Assembly: GCA_963754655.1 (NCBI GenBank)
Contig: CAVWGN010000001.1
Span: forward strand, 1,792,001-1,856,000
Origin: an uncultured Chlamydiae bacterium
Lineage (GTDB): Bacteria; Chlamydiota; Chlamydiia; Chlamydiales; Parachlamydiaceae
Length of the DNA stretch: 64,000 nt
Direction of reading: 5' to 3'
Shown here piece by piece: positions 46,977-58,217 of the stretch. Both the position numbers and the translations under genes were made by a program. Every line of letters starts with the position of its first letter. The first letter of the stretch is position 1. The notes beneath the pieces are model-generated. The model saw nothing but the letters and a program-made list of their open reading frames with translations, made no database searches and was not told where the DNA came from.

Positions 46977-47059
46977 TGTATGTTTGATGGATAGGAAAAT
47001 ATCCATGTTTAACCTTAAAAAAGAATGATGATTTTATTTCACATTAAAAAGGAGTGTCT

Positions 47060-47953
47060 ATGCGTAATTTATCCAAGTTAGTGCTTTCAATATTATCCAC
47101 GTTAGTAGCAAGTAGCGCCTTTGCTCAATGCCCACTCGGAGGGTGTGGTGGTGGCGGTGGCTATTATGGCGGAGGCTATGGTGATAGTGGCTACGGCGGT
47201 GGTGGCTACGGCGGTGGTGGCTACGGCGGGGGCTATTATGATAGCGGCTATGGTAGTGGCTATGGCGGCGGGGGCTATGGCGGAGGAAGCTATGGTGGTG
47301 GCTATGGTGATGGAAGTTATTCTTATAGCTCACCTCATTACTCTAGCGGTCATGAGGGCTATTATCAACAGCCTAGCTATGGATATTCACATGGCGGCTA
47401 CTACTCTATGCCAATGCAAAACCAAGGTTATTCTAATTGGTCTAATCAGGGCTATAGCCAAAGCGAATATCAGGGTGGAGCTAACCAACCTGGCGGATAT
47501 CAAGGCGGATATATGCAAAGCGGATCTAATCAATTTGGTGGATATCAAGGCGGAGCTAATCAATCTGGCGGATATCAAGGCGGCTATCAAGGCGGAGCTA
47601 ACCAATCTAGTGGATATCAAGGTGGAGCTAATCAAGCTGGTGGATATCAAGGCGGTTATCAAGGCGGAGCTAATCAATCTGGTGGCTATCAAGGTGGAGC
47701 TAATCAATCTGGCGGATATCAAGGCGGCTATCAAGGCGGAGCTAACCAATCTAGTGGATATCAAGGTGGAGCTAATCAATCTGGTGGATATCAAGGCGGT
47801 TATCAAGGCGGAGCTAATCAATCTGGCGGATATCAAGGCGAAGCTAACCAATCTGGCGGATATCAAGACGGTTATAGCCAAGAAGGGAGTAATGGCAGCA
47901 CAGGGACAGGCAATAACTCACAAGGCAACCAAGCTAACCAAAGTAATCGCTAA
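47060..47953 (+). CDS. Secreted Gly/Tyr/Gln-rich repeat protein
   Basis: AAGGAG RBS; signal peptide ending SSAFA; GGGGY repeats then GGYQGGANQS repeats. Confidence 0.82.
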   Translation: MRNLSKLVLSILSTLVASSAFAQCPLGGCGGGGGYYGGGYGDSGYGGGGYGGGGYGGGYYDSGYGSGYGGGGYGGGSYGGGYGDGSYSYSSPHYSSGHEGYYQQPSYGYSHGGYYSMPMQNQGYSNWSNQGYSQSEYQGGANQPGGYQGGYMQSGSNQFGGYQGGANQSGGYQGGYQGGANQSSGYQGGANQAGGYQGGYQGGANQSGGYQGGANQSGGYQGGYQGGANQSSGYQGGANQSGGYQGGYQGGANQSGGYQGEANQSGGYQDGYSQEGSNGSTGTGNNSQGNQANQSNR

Positions 47954-47983
47954 TTTTGCCTGATGATCTTGTTGTTAATTTTC

Positions 47984-48018
47984 AGGGCTCCTTGGGTAAC
48001 CAAGAGAGCCCTTTTTTT
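47984..48018 (+). terminator. Intrinsic terminator
   Basis: AGGGCTC-CTTGG...CCAAG-AGAGCCCT followed by a T run. Confidence 0.75.
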
Positions 48019-48054
48019 GGCTGATGAATAGATTATTCACAGGAGAATGAAACA

Positions 48055-48912
48055 ATGGAAAGATATCATCCCCTTTCATTTAATGAAGATTTTATTATTA
48101 ATAAAAAAGGAACGGAGCGACCGGGAAGCGGGCAATATTATCATCATTATGAACCTGGGGTATATATTTGTCGCCGTTGCGACGCTCCTCTTTATCTTTC
48201 AACAGATAAATTTCCTTCTCACTGCGGATGGCCGAGTTTCGATGATGAAATTGATCAAGCAGTTGAGAAAAAACTTGATGCAGATGGAGAAAGAACTGAA
48301 ATTTTATGCAAACACTGTGGCGCTCATCTAGGACATGTTTTTGTAGGTGAAGGATATACTGATAAAAACACCCGCCAATGCGTCAATTCTATCTCACTCT
48401 CATTTGTGCCCGCCAATACTAAAGAAGGTTATCAGCGTGCTATTTTTGCAGGCGGATGTTTTTGGGGAGTTGAGTATTTGATAAAAGAACTTCCCGGAGT
48501 CATTCGAACAAAGGTGGGATATATAGGTGGAACAGCAGTGAAACCCACCTATAAGGAAGTTTGTACAGGGATGACAGGCCACGCAGAAGCGATAGAAATT
48601 ATTTTCGATCCTAAAGTGATCAGTTACCAAAATCTAGCGAAATACTTTTTTGAAATCCATGATCCGACTCAACAAAACAGACAAGGGCCTGATATTGGAA
48701 ATCAATATCGTTCGGCAATTTTTTATCTTACGGAAGAACAGAAGAAAATCGCCTATGATCTCATTCAAATTCTAGAAAAAAAAGATATGCATATAACCAC
48801 CCAGGTTGCACCTGCAAGCTTTTTCTATGAGGCTGAAGAATATCATCAAGACTATTACAACAAGACAGGAAGCCAACCTTATTGCCATCGCAAAGTCAAT
48901 CGATTCTCTTAA
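48055..48912 (+). CDS. msrAB: Methionine sulfoxide reductase MsrB-MsrA fusion
   Basis: GTERP, CGWPSF, HLGHVF, CVNSISL, then [27 protein letters not shown]. Confidence 0.95.
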   Translation: MERYHPLSFNEDFIINKKGTERPGSGQYYHHYEPGVYICRRCDAPLYLSTDKFPSHCGWPSFDDEIDQAVEKKLDADGERTEILCKHCGAHLGHVFVGEGYTDKNTRQCVNSISLSFVPANTKEGYQRAIFAGGCFWGVEYLIKELPGVIRTKVGYIGGTAVKPTYKEVCTGMTGHAEAIEIIFDPKVISYQNLAKYFFEIHDPTQQNRQGPDIGNQYRSAIFYLTEEQKKIAYDLIQILEKKDMHITTQVAPASFFYEAEEYHQDYYNKTGSQPYCHRKVNRFS

Positions 48913-48950
48913 GAGATCCTTTCAATTTGCTAAAACCAAATGAAATGAAC

Positions 48951-50198
48951 TTATTGAAACTCAATGCGATTACTTTCTGGTTGTAAAAGGGTAACGATTA
49001 AAGTCAGATATTCAAGAAGATGCCGTGTAATGAGAAAATTTTCTTTAACAAATTGCTTTGCTATCTCGCCAATCTCTTTTCTCTTCTCTGGATATTGAAG
49101 CAAGTAACGCGTACGATTAGCAGCGCCCTCTGGAGTATCGACAAGAAAGCCAGTATGATGATTGATGACTTGTAACCGAATTCCTCCTGTATTCCCTCCT
49201 ATGACGGGCTTTTGTTTCCACATGGCTTCTGTGACTGTTAAGCCAAAACCTTCCTTGATTGACTTTTGTAAAACAATATCTGCTGCTCGCTGTAAGGCAT
49301 TAATGGTTCGATGAGAATCTGGTGGAAGAAATAAAATGTGGATATCTGGATCAGCCTTACTTGCCGCATGAACTTCATTTAAAATGATATCCCCTTCTGG
49401 ATCATCTGGTGCCCCTCCGCCAGCAAGAACCAGCTGCACATGAGGTTTAAATTTTTTCACGAGTTGATAAGCTTGAATAACTCCCAATGGATCCTTAAAA
49501 CGATCGAATCGCGATACTTGCAACATCATCGGACGAAGAGGATCAATATTAAATCGTGGGTAAATGAGAGCAATTTCTTCAGGGGAAAGATCCATATTTT
49601 TTTCACTTAAAGGATCAATACTAGGTGGTATAAGGTAAATGGGATGGGGAAGTTTACGAGCAAATTCATTTAAAGAAAAGATGCTTGCATCATATTTTAC
49701 AATAAACTCTCGAAGATATCTCCAAACATGTCTGTCTGGATTAGAGACATCGATATGACATCGCCAAATCCATTTTCCTTTGCGCTTAGGAAAATGATTA
49801 ATAAGTGCAGCTGGCTGCGGATCATGAATGAACACAATTTCAGCCTCTTCTAAAACAGATCTTAATTCTTCGGCATTGCTTGCGTTGATTTCTTCATATT
49901 TTTGAAGATAGGAAGCAGGTATAATGGATTTTTTGCCTTGTAACGCATTATGAAAAGCCTTTGTGCACTGAAAAAATTCTTGATCTCCTCTCATCACCAA
50001 CCATCTAGCATTTAATCCTAATGCTTTGCTCAATGGAATCAATTTTTCTAATATCTCAGCGACTCCTCCTCCCTGAGCAGTGGAATTGACATGAACAATG
50101 CGCATATTCTTTAGAGCCTTGGCTATTTGAGTCAGCTGGTTGATAACGGCCTCGCCTACTATAGGCCGATACGCTTGTATCTGATCACTCATGTTCAT
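48951..50198 (-). CDS. treT: TreT-like trehalose synthase / GT4 glycosyltransferase
   Basis: HVNSTAQGGGVAEIL, TKAFHNALQG, HDPQP, WRCHID, VSRFDRFKDP, EGFGLTVTEAMWK. Confidence 0.85.
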   Translation of the reverse strand: MNMSDQIQAYRPIVGEAVINQLTQIAKALKNMRIVHVNSTAQGGGVAEILEKLIPLSKALGLNARWLVMRGDQEFFQCTKAFHNALQGKKSIIPASYLQKYEEINASNAEELRSVLEEAEIVFIHDPQPAALINHFPKRKGKWIWRCHIDVSNPDRHVWRYLREFIVKYDASIFSLNEFARKLPHPIYLIPPSIDPLSEKNMDLSPEEIALIYPRFNIDPLRPMMLQVSRFDRFKDPLGVIQAYQLVKKFKPHVQLVLAGGGAPDDPEGDIILNEVHAASKADPDIHILFLPPDSHRTINALQRAADIVLQKSIKEGFGLTVTEAMWKQKPVIGGNTGGIRLQVINHHTGFLVDTPEGAANRTRYLLQYPEKRKEIGEIAKQFVKENFLITRHLLEYLTLIVTLLQPESNRIEFQ

Positions 50199-50890
50199 TC
50201 CTTAATAAAATAATCTTGTACTTCTTTTAATAATTGCCTTCTAAGTTCCTGTAATGAAAAGAAATAAGGATCGATGGATTGAATACGATGAATTAACTCA
50301 TGGTATTCATCTCCAAATGAGTTTAACCAAACGCTAAAGTCATCCCACCCCTCATTAGAGCGTCTTTTCGCATCAATAAAATGGTAAAAAACACTATGCG
50401 TGCTCATTTGTGGAATAATTTTTAACAAATCTGCAGGATTAGCAATTTGTAAAGGAGTCGAAAAAATAATAATTTTTGAAGAGACAAAGTGAAAAGACTC
50501 TTGCTTTTTAGACCAGTAAAAAGATTGTTTTTCATCTAAACGATCTTCTACTATATCCAGGAGAACTTGACGCAGATCTTCTAAATCCTTATAGTCTGAA
50601 GGATCGATAATTGATAATCGTTCGGCTAGGATATGATCATGCAAAGTATGATAGATCCAAACTGCAAAGTCATTGTGATATTCGCGATCAACGAATGTAG
50701 GGCGTAAGTGATTTCCCCAGAAATGATGATAAATACATCCTTGATGAACAGTTGCCAGTTTATCTCGAAATTCAATCAATGTTCCGGCAGACTCTCCTGT
50801 GGAAATAGTTGAGAGAAGGCAATCTTTTACTAAAAATAGCGGTTGAGGACTTTTAGAATCTATATTTTGAGGAGAAACCATAATGTTCAC
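50195..50890 (-). CDS. DUF5752-like protein
   Basis: Duplicated YHHF..NDFAVW / FYHF..DDFSVW motifs; ATGA-coupled to treT. Confidence 0.75.
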   Translation of the reverse strand: MNIMVSPQNIDSKSPQPLFLVKDCLLSTISTGESAGTLIEFRDKLATVHQGCIYHHFWGNHLRPTFVDREYHNDFAVWIYHTLHDHILAERLSIIDPSDYKDLEDLRQVLLDIVEDRLDEKQSFYWSKKQESFHFVSSKIIIFSTPLQIANPADLLKIIPQMSTHSVFYHFIDAKRRSNEGWDDFSVWLNSFGDEYHELIHRIQSIDPYFFSLQELRRQLLKEVQDYFIKE

Positions 50891-50936
50891 CTTGGCATTT
50901 TAGCTTATCTTTATTTTTCCTAATATACGAGTCAAT

Positions 50937-53813
50937 CTAATTTATTTTCTCTAAGATGGCAATTGGAAGCTTAGAAAAAACTTGTTGGGCTTGGAAATTT
51001 CGATCTTGCGTAGAAGAAAGGATCAAACCACTAAGAAGATCTCGAAAACGTCCTTCTATCTGTGTAGGAAGAACAAGAACAGTATCTTTCCAAACTTCTC
51101 CAATAGGATTTATCATGGGCACATTTCCCAACAATGTGTAGAAGCGTCCTACAGCAACAATGATTTGTTTTTGTTCTTTTATTCTACTGAATGCAACGAT
51201 ATGTCTAGATTTTTCTCCCTTGACTTCAAGAGGCACATAATCTCCATCTTTAAATAACGAAGGAAATTGAAGGCGAAAATTAAGAATTTGGGCAGTCAAA
51301 TAAAGCTTAATTCGTCCATCTTCGGGCGTTTCCATTAAATGAGCGACCAAAGAACCTGGATCTTCTTGAGCCTTGTGCTTAAGCATAGAGAGAAGATACT
51401 GGCGATTAGAGTAATCAACTGGGCGGCGATTATCGGGATCGACAAGATTAAATTCCCATAACTCGCTTCCTTGATAAAAATCTGGAATACCAGGAATCGT
51501 CATTTTAAGAAGCGTTTGAGAGAGGGAATTGAACATTCCAGCACGAATAATGGGAAAAATAAATTTTTCAAAATCTTTTAAGAAATGATTATCAGGTTCT
51601 AAATCCAGTATGCGGAGAATAAATTCTTGAACCGCTTTTTCATATTCTTCATTGGGATTGATCCAGCTTGTATGAATTTTAGCCTCTTTAAGAGCTTTAA
51701 GCATGTATTTTTGAATGCGATCAATATACTGTGCTCGAGCAGTTGCATCCATTGGATAAAGCGGCCATGTTCCAACTAAAGTTTGGTAAAGTAAAAATTC
51801 TTCGTTGTGATTGGGAACTTCACGATTATCGATCAAGATTTTGCGCGAATGATTCAGCTGACTCCATTGGTGTAAGGCTTTTTTCCACTCTTCTAGATTC
51901 TCAGATAGAACATTGATACGTGCTCTAACATCCTCACTGCGTTTTGTATCATGTGTAGAAGTTGCCACTAGGGTATAAGGCCAAGTTTGTAGCCTTTCTT
52001 GATTTTCCTTATGAAAAAGTTCAACCTTAGTCCCGAAATGGAGTGGATTCATCCCAACTTCATTCAGGGAAGCCAAAGGATAATAGCGATAAAATGCAGT
52101 ATCTTCTACCCCTTTTGCTGTCACAGGACCTGTAAGTTGCTGGAAACGCATGACAAAATCTCGGCGAGCAAGAACCTGCTCTTCCGTTAATTCGGGCGGA
52201 TCTTCTAAAAGCAAGACACTCTCGATAAAATCAAAAATAGAAGGATCGCTAGCAGGATTCAGACGTTTAGCTTGTTGAATAGCTTTGACGATGTATTCTC
52301 GATCTTCTATCTGAACGTGAGTATCTTCAATTCGAATATAACTACGATAAACGGGAAAGCAAGCGATCACATCCCTTAAAGCTGAGCGTAGCGCCTCAAG
52401 AGTAAAATCTCTTGACCAGCGGTGTTGCTCACACACCTTTTCCAATTGTCTAGCTAAAATATGAAGTTCGCTTGACATCGCAAGAATTAAGATCTGCTTC
52501 TTGCAAATAGTCGTCACATTTGTCATATCATCGTGATGTTCAACAAAATGATCATAAATTTGCTTAATGATAGCCTGGTGTTCAGTCATGACGAATAAAC
52601 CATTAAGAAGATTTAAAGCATCATAGCCTGTTGTTCCAAAAACTTGCCATTGAGGACGAAGCTGTTCGTTTCCCACAAGAATTTTTTCGACTACGACATA
52701 AAAATGACGATCGATTTGGTTATGCGACTCATTTAAAGCCAATGCACAAGCCCGCTGTAAGCGTACAAAATATTGCTGTGGATCAAATAATCCATCAATG
52801 TGATCTATACGTAAACCTGTGATCCATCCTTGCTGAATATATTTAAGAATCAGCTCATGCATAGCTTCGAAAACGATTTCGTTCTCCGCATGCATACTCA
52901 CAAGGCTATTGATATCAAAGAAACGTCGATAGTTAATCTCATCATTGGTGACCCGCCAAAAACTCAGTCGGTAAGCCTGTTCTTTCAATAATGCTTCTAA
53001 CCCATCAAAACTATGAGGATCTCCTTTTTGACCATTGAAATAAGTCATTGAATTTTGAAGAGCCTCGGCTATCAAGGGGGCTTCTTCAACCACTGATGCT
53101 AGCCGTTTTTTAATAATTTCTTTCTCCCTCGCCCTTTCTTTGCGTTTTTCCAAATCGGTTTCCGCCGGCAAATGCTCGAGCGCCGTGATAACACTTTGTA
53201 ATTCCAACAAATTGGAATCTTCTTCTCCTAATCTTGGCAACAATTCTTCAACAACCGGTTGTAAAATCGTGGGCCATGTTCGAGGATTCACAGGAAAACG
53301 CTGCATTTTATATTCAATAAAAAAAGCACCAGTATCATACATCAACTTAAGTTCTTGATTTTCGATGACTTTTCCATATTGTTGATCAAGAACTGCTAAG
53401 AGAACTTTATTTTTAAGCTCAGCTTTAGGTGGATCCCAAATAATATTGAAATAATTGGCATATAGGGAACTTGGACCATTCTCTAAAACATCTTGCCACC
53501 ATTTATTGCCCGATCCAGCGATGCTCATGTGGTTAGGAACCCAATCGAGGAGAAATCCCATTCCCAATTTTTGTAAAGATTCGATCAGTTGGATGAATTC
53601 TTGTTCAGTACCTATTTCAGGATTGAGCTGGCAGGTATCCAAGACATCATACCCATGTAAACTCCCTAGAGATGACTTCATAATAGGAGAAGCATAAAAA
53701 TCCGAAACCCCTAAGTCTCGTAAATAAGAGACAACGTTAAGAGCTTCTTTAAAAGTGAAATGGTGATTAAATTGTAATCGATAAGTGGAAGAGGGGATGC
53801 GAAGAGTCGACAT
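50937..53813 (-). CDS. treY: Malto-oligosyltrehalose synthase
   Basis: PSSTYRLQF, SLHGYDV, DWVPNHM, NYRRFFDI, GLRIDHIDGL, AKGVEDTAFYRY, STHDTKRSED. Start placed at MSTLRIP (53813). Confidence 0.95.
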   Translation of the reverse strand: MSTLRIPSSTYRLQFNHHFTFKEALNVVSYLRDLGVSDFYASPIMKSSLGSLHGYDVLDTCQLNPEIGTEQEFIQLIESLQKLGMGFLLDWVPNHMSIAGSGNKWWQDVLENGPSSLYANYFNIIWDPPKAELKNKVLLAVLDQQYGKVIENQELKLMYDTGAFFIEYKMQRFPVNPRTWPTILQPVVEELLPRLGEEDSNLLELQSVITALEHLPAETDLEKRKERAREKEIIKKRLASVVEEAPLIAEALQNSMTYFNGQKGDPHSFDGLEALLKEQAYRLSFWRVTNDEINYRRFFDINSLVSMHAENEIVFEAMHELILKYIQQGWITGLRIDHIDGLFDPQQYFVRLQRACALALNESHNQIDRHFYVVVEKILVGNEQLRPQWQVFGTTGYDALNLLNGLFVMTEHQAIIKQIYDHFVEHHDDMTNVTTICKKQILILAMSSELHILARQLEKVCEQHRWSRDFTLEALRSALRDVIACFPVYRSYIRIEDTHVQIEDREYIVKAIQQAKRLNPASDPSIFDFIESVLLLEDPPELTEEQVLARRDFVMRFQQLTGPVTAKGVEDTAFYRYYPLASLNEVGMNPLHFGTKVELFHKENQERLQTWPYTLVATSTHDTKRSEDVRARINVLSENLEEWKKALHQWSQLNHSRKILIDNREVPNHNEEFLLYQTLVGTWPLYPMDATARAQYIDRIQKYMLKALKEAKIHTSWINPNEEYEKAVQEFILRILDLEPDNHFLKDFEKFIFPIIRAGMFNSLSQTLLKMTIPGIPDFYQGSELWEFNLVDPDNRRPVDYSNRQYLLSMLKHKAQEDPGSLVAHLMETPEDGRIKLYLTAQILNFRLQFPSLFKDGDYVPLEVKGEKSRHIVAFSRIKEQKQIIVAVGRFYTLLGNVPMINPIGEVWKDTVLVLPTQIEGRFRDLLSGLILSSTQDRNFQAQQVFSKLPIAILEKIN

Positions 53814-53885
53814 AAGTGTTTTCCAAAATAATTTATAGGGATTTTTAAACCATCTCAATAGGCTAAAACTCATGTAATGGAGTAT

Positions 53886-54379
53886 TAGTACTCAACCACA
53901 TTAGTTTTTGCCTATTGAGATGTTTTTAAATTCCTAGGTGTTAAGGTAAGAGATGAGCGTAGGCTAAGCGACGCATTCAGTCGCCCGCCGCTTCGCTCTG
54001 GGCTCTAGGTAAGGGGGATATGGACCCACCGTTCGGTCGCCCTCCGGGCTCGGTCACGGTGGGCTAGGATCAGTCGTCCTCCGGACTCTAGCGGCATTAT
54101 CAAAACGCCTTGACTAGCATTCTAACAGTATTACCAAGCACCTTACCTAACATTCAATGGCTTCTACATTGCTGCTAGAGTCCGTAGGACGACTGATCCT
54201 AGCCCACCGTGACCGAGCCCGGAGGGCGACCGAACGGTGGGTCCATATCCCCCTTACCTAGAGCCAGAGCGAAGCGGCGGGCGACTGAATGCGTCGCTTA
54301 GCCTACGCTCATCTCTTACCTTAACACCTAGGAATTTAAAACCATCTCAATAGGCAAAAACTAATGTGGTTGAGTACTA
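53886..54379. repeat. 494-bp nested palindrome (shell A enclosing module D)
   Basis: TAGTACTCAACCACATTAGTTT...AAACTAATGTGGTTGAGTACTA with arms of about 210 bp. Inner sequence is shared with 23939-24401. A solo shell-A end abuts it at 53841-53887. Confidence 0.92.
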
Positions 54380-54521
54380 CGCGTAATTATACCAGAGCAA
54401 ATTAAAAAATTTAAATTTTTTAATTCATTTTTTAAAGAAAGGGCCACATTTGATCTTAATAATGGAGGATATTTGCGTTAGAGGCTGTCCCAACATGACC
54501 TATTTAAATGTCGAGCTAACT

Positions 54522-55559
54522 TTACTTTAAATTCTCTATAATAATTTGGCGCAATGCCTCTATCCAAGCGGGATGAGAATTAAGTCCTTCAACTAATTGC
54601 AATTCTTCTCCTCCCATTTTTTTAAATTCACGTCCATATTCCTGAGCAATCTCATAAGTCGTTTCCAAACAGTCGCAAACAAAGGAAGGGCTAAAAACAA
54701 GAAGACGTTTATATCCTTTCTGTGCGCAATCATGGATCACTTTACTTGTATATGGTTGAATCCAAGGTTCCTTACCCAAACGAGATTGAAAACAAATCTT
54801 ATAATTTTTTTCAGACAATTGCAATTGTTTCGCTATTCCATGCGCTGTTGCATAACATTGCGCTTTATAGCAGAAGCGATTTTCTTGACATAATCTTTGA
54901 CAACAAGAATCTGATAAACAACCTCCATTCGGATTAGCTTTGCGAATTTGCCTTTCAGGTAATCCATGGAAACTAAATAAAATATGATCATATGAAGAAA
55001 TATCATATTGCCTCCCACGTGTGCAAAAAGCTTCAATCAAGGCAGGATGATCAAAATAATGATTCATAAAAATCAATTTTGGAAAAACGGTCCAGTATTG
55101 AAGGTATTGCATGATCTTTTGATACACAGAGCCAGTTGTTGCTGAAGCGTATTGAGGAAAAAGAGGAAGAATCATTAACTCTTCCACTTGCTCGCTTTTA
55201 AGCTTTTCTAATCCTTCTACAATGGATGGAAGCTGATAACGCATGGCCAGAACAACTTGGTAGGTAGGTCCTAGAGCTTGCTGCAGCTTTTCTTGAACAT
55301 GCTGTCCATGAATCAAAAGAGGAGAGCCCTCCGCTGTCCATAAACGGCTATATTGCTCGGCCGATTGCTTATAGCGGAAAGGAACAATTGCCCCTCTTAC
55401 CAAGAGCTGTCTCTTAATCCAAGAACGATCAATCACTCGACCATCTGTTAAAAATTCGGTGAGATAGCGAAAGACGTCTTTTGGGTGTGGAGAAATGGGA
55501 GTTCCTAAATTAACAATTAAAACTCCCCTCTTATGTCCTTTAGTCTTGCTTATCTTCAT
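54522..55559 (-). CDS. hemH: Ferrochelatase
   Basis: [61 protein letters not shown]. Confidence 0.96.
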   Translation of the reverse strand: MKISKTKGHKRGVLIVNLGTPISPHPKDVFRYLTEFLTDGRVIDRSWIKRQLLVRGAIVPFRYKQSAEQYSRLWTAEGSPLLIHGQHVQEKLQQALGPTYQVVLAMRYQLPSIVEGLEKLKSEQVEELMILPLFPQYASATTGSVYQKIMQYLQYWTVFPKLIFMNHYFDHPALIEAFCTRGRQYDISSYDHILFSFHGLPERQIRKANPNGGCLSDSCCQRLCQENRFCYKAQCYATAHGIAKQLQLSEKNYKICFQSRLGKEPWIQPYTSKVIHDCAQKGYKRLLVFSPSFVCDCLETTYEIAQEYGREFKKMGGEELQLVEGLNSHPAWIEALRQIIIENLK

Positions 55560-57534
55560 CTAAGTCATCCACTTCTATTTTTAATAAGTCTTCACCTTGT
55601 TCTTCTATCTGTTTCGCATCTTTTTCTTCGTTGACTCCATCACTGTTTTCCAACTCTCTTATCTCTTCATACACACGGTAAATAAGATCTCTATTGACTT
55701 GTAGAGGAATTTCAGAATTTACTTTCTTCATTTCGCGATCTAACATTTTCTCTATTGCCTTCCTAGTATAAAAACAATACCACAGGTAAAGAATTTGATC
55801 TTTTTCACTGATTGATTCTTTAGGAATAGGAGATTGGATGAATTGTTTCTGATCTAAAAGATCTGGATCATCCAGAATATCTAATTCTTCTAAACAATCC
55901 ATTCTAATGACACAATCCTCTAAGTCATCTGGAGCTTCTTTCACGATAGAATTAGAAAATAGATACGTTAGGTGACAATAATCCTGATTCATTTTTTGCT
56001 GATGCGCAAGAATCTTCTTCACTTTGTGAATCAACTTTTGATTCATTTTTAATTCATTTTCATTGAGTTCCAGAGCACCATAATGATAATGATAGGCAGC
56101 ACGGCATAACCCGATAGCTGTTTTAAAGATTTCTTCAGCTTTAGCTGCTCTTCCAATTTTAGGCAAATAATTTTCTATTGTAGAAATTTCAACCAGTGCT
56201 TCAATTGCATCCTCAGTGACAGGGACATCTTGTGCAAAATGAAGATGAATGTTTTTCATGATATTTCGAACTTGATCATCGCTAGGAGAATTAATTTTCA
56301 TTCTGCATATTCTTCTTCTAAATGAATAGTCAATATCAAGTTTTTTTAATTCTTCCCATTCTTCAATGGTGACCGTTAAAACACATTTACAATGTGGCTT
56401 ATCTTCCAAAAATCTTTTTTTAAAAGCAAGAAAGGCAGCCTTATTATTTGCTATTTGATAAAATTCATCAAAAAACAAAAGAATCTTGTCCTCACTTCCC
56501 TCGATTTGATCCCTAATTTGATTAATAAGTTCTGAATGGCCAAAACTTACGCTAGAAATCATTAACCCACAATCGACTTCAAAAACATTCAGTTCTTGGA
56601 GTTCCTTAGGCAGCTTGCCTTCGTGTTTCAACTGAATAAAATGATGAATAAGCGCTGTTTTGCCTTCGCCCGAAAGAGCTCTTAATATGACACTGTCATG
56701 CACTTCCAATGCTGCAATTAACCGATCCAGTTCCTCTACTTGACCCACTTTTGGATCCAAGTATCCTTTTTCCATCTGCTTGTCAAGATTCGTACAGTTG
56801 ACAATTTCATCTGGCAAAGGTCTAAACCAACGCTGGTAGCAGCTAATTAAAATTCCTGTCGTTACGATAATGATAGCAGTAACGAGATAGACTTTAGCTG
56901 TCACAACAAGCATTGGCTGCAAAATATTTATGAGACAATAAGGAATAATAAAAAATTTATAAACGATTTCTACAAGAAGATACTTTTCCCAAAGACTGGT
57001 AAATTTTTTATTCGTATCTAAAAAATTAAATGCTCCTAAAAAAATGTTAATAAGATTAGGAATAAAATAAACAACAATTGGACGACATCTCTTCCATTCT
57101 GAATACATGCGTCCTTTCAAAGAAATATCAGTCGGTTTGAGACAATGAGAAGTATTTTTAGCAGCCAGCTCAAAAATATTATTAAATGGAGCATCAGAAT
57201 CTTCCTGTTTAAAGCTGACCACATTTGTCAGAATATCTAAACTCACGATTTCGACAAGAAAAGCCATTGTTTTTTGAGGGTTTCTTTCCATTCCATATTC
57301 AGTAATCGTTTGAAAAAATTCATTTAACTCCTCCAAATCTTCCGAACGTTCTGAAATAAAATCTTTGATTTCATTTTTCCATTTTATCCATTCATCAAAA
57401 GCACAATCATCCGAAGTTAATGTGCGAGTTAAATCTGTTAAATCATGGAGTTGTTCAAAAGGTGAAGGTTTTTTTGTTTGCCACTCAAAATAAGGCAAAA
57501 AATTGATAGGAAGCCAATGGGTATTAGTTAGCAT
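55540..57534 (-). CDS. Membrane-anchored AAA+ ATPase with a ClpA/B NBD1-like domain
   Basis: [11 protein letters not shown], Walker A ALSGEGKT, Walker B LLFFDE, SFRRR; two or three TM segments ahead of the ATPase domain. Confidence 0.7.
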   Translation of the reverse strand: MLTNTHWLPINFLPYFEWQTKKPSPFEQLHDLTDLTRTLTSDDCAFDEWIKWKNEIKDFISERSEDLEELNEFFQTITEYGMERNPQKTMAFLVEIVSLDILTNVVSFKQEDSDAPFNNIFELAAKNTSHCLKPTDISLKGRMYSEWKRCRPIVVYFIPNLINIFLGAFNFLDTNKKFTSLWEKYLLVEIVYKFFIIPYCLINILQPMLVVTAKVYLVTAIIIVTTGILISCYQRWFRPLPDEIVNCTNLDKQMEKGYLDPKVGQVEELDRLIAALEVHDSVILRALSGEGKTALIHHFIQLKHEGKLPKELQELNVFEVDCGLMISSVSFGHSELINQIRDQIEGSEDKILLFFDEFYQIANNKAAFLAFKKRFLEDKPHCKCVLTVTIEEWEELKKLDIDYSFRRRICRMKINSPSDDQVRNIMKNIHLHFAQDVPVTEDAIEALVEISTIENYLPKIGRAAKAEEIFKTAIGLCRAAYHYHYGALELNENELKMNQKLIHKVKKILAHQQKMNQDYCHLTYLFSNSIVKEAPDDLEDCVIRMDCLEELDILDDPDLLDQKQFIQSPIPKESISEKDQILYLWYCFYTRKAIEKMLDREMKKVNSEIPLQVNRDLIYRVYEEIRELENSDGVNEEKDAKQIEEQGEDLLKIEVDDLDEDKQD

Positions 57535-57752
57535 AATGATTTCTCATCCAAAAGAATCGATTAATTAAAAATGAATAGGAGAATCTAAAAAACTCAGTTC
57601 TTTAGAAAAAATTACATCCAAGATGGGCTGGAATAACAAAAAAATGAATAGCAATGTCGCTTGATATCGACAAATACCTTAATAAAATGATTTCCCATTC
57701 CGTCTTTATGGAGACAGTTATTGCTATCTTGCAATATTAAAATAGGATAAGA

Positions 57753-57918
57753 AAAGCAGGTCTTCTGACTTCAAGATCTTTCTACACGCTTGGCCTTCCC
57801 GCAATATTTTGCAGTGGCTAAAATTTTAAGCGCTCGTCCCTTGTTACAGCGGCCTAACCGTACAGGATTTCCACCTGTTTCCCTATTCTCCCTTTGCCAT
57901 GGCGAAGGGCACTTTTCT
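57753..57918 (-). promoter_or_regulatory. Cobalamin (B12) riboswitch
   Basis: Minus strand reads AATAGGGAAACAGGTGGAAATCCTGTACGGTTAGGCCGCTGTAA...GCCACTG...GGGAAGGC...AAGTCAGAAGACCTGC, i.e. the conserved B12-element blocks in order, including the B12 box. Confidence 0.9.
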
Positions 57919-58217
57919 ATCACATGCTTCTTATGAAAGCTGCCCAAATTTATAAACTGCTTTTATAAAATAATCAAGATGAACTTTGGGTTTCCTAAAC
58001 CAAAATGTGCAAATAAAATTTTTTAATTACTTCATATCAATCCCCTTACATTTTTTGATAAAGAGAATAAATTTAAAAAATCAATTTAATATAGTCTTTT
58101 ATTAAACATCAATTTTATTGACTTATAAAACTAAAAATTATAATATTATACGATTTAAAAATAATAAAAGAATTATATTTAATAAATAATTAAAATAATA
58201 AATTAAAAAAAACAATC

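Noticed and set aside
46020..47963. Long overlapping ORFs 46020-46565(-), 47121-47963(+) and 47387-47881(-)
   Set aside because: Stop-free shadows of low-complexity codon usage; the RBS and signal peptides identify the real frames.
53814..53873. 20-aa N-terminal extension of TreY in the ORF track
   Set aside because: Starts inside a shell-A repeat end; homology begins at MSTLRIPSSTYRLQ.
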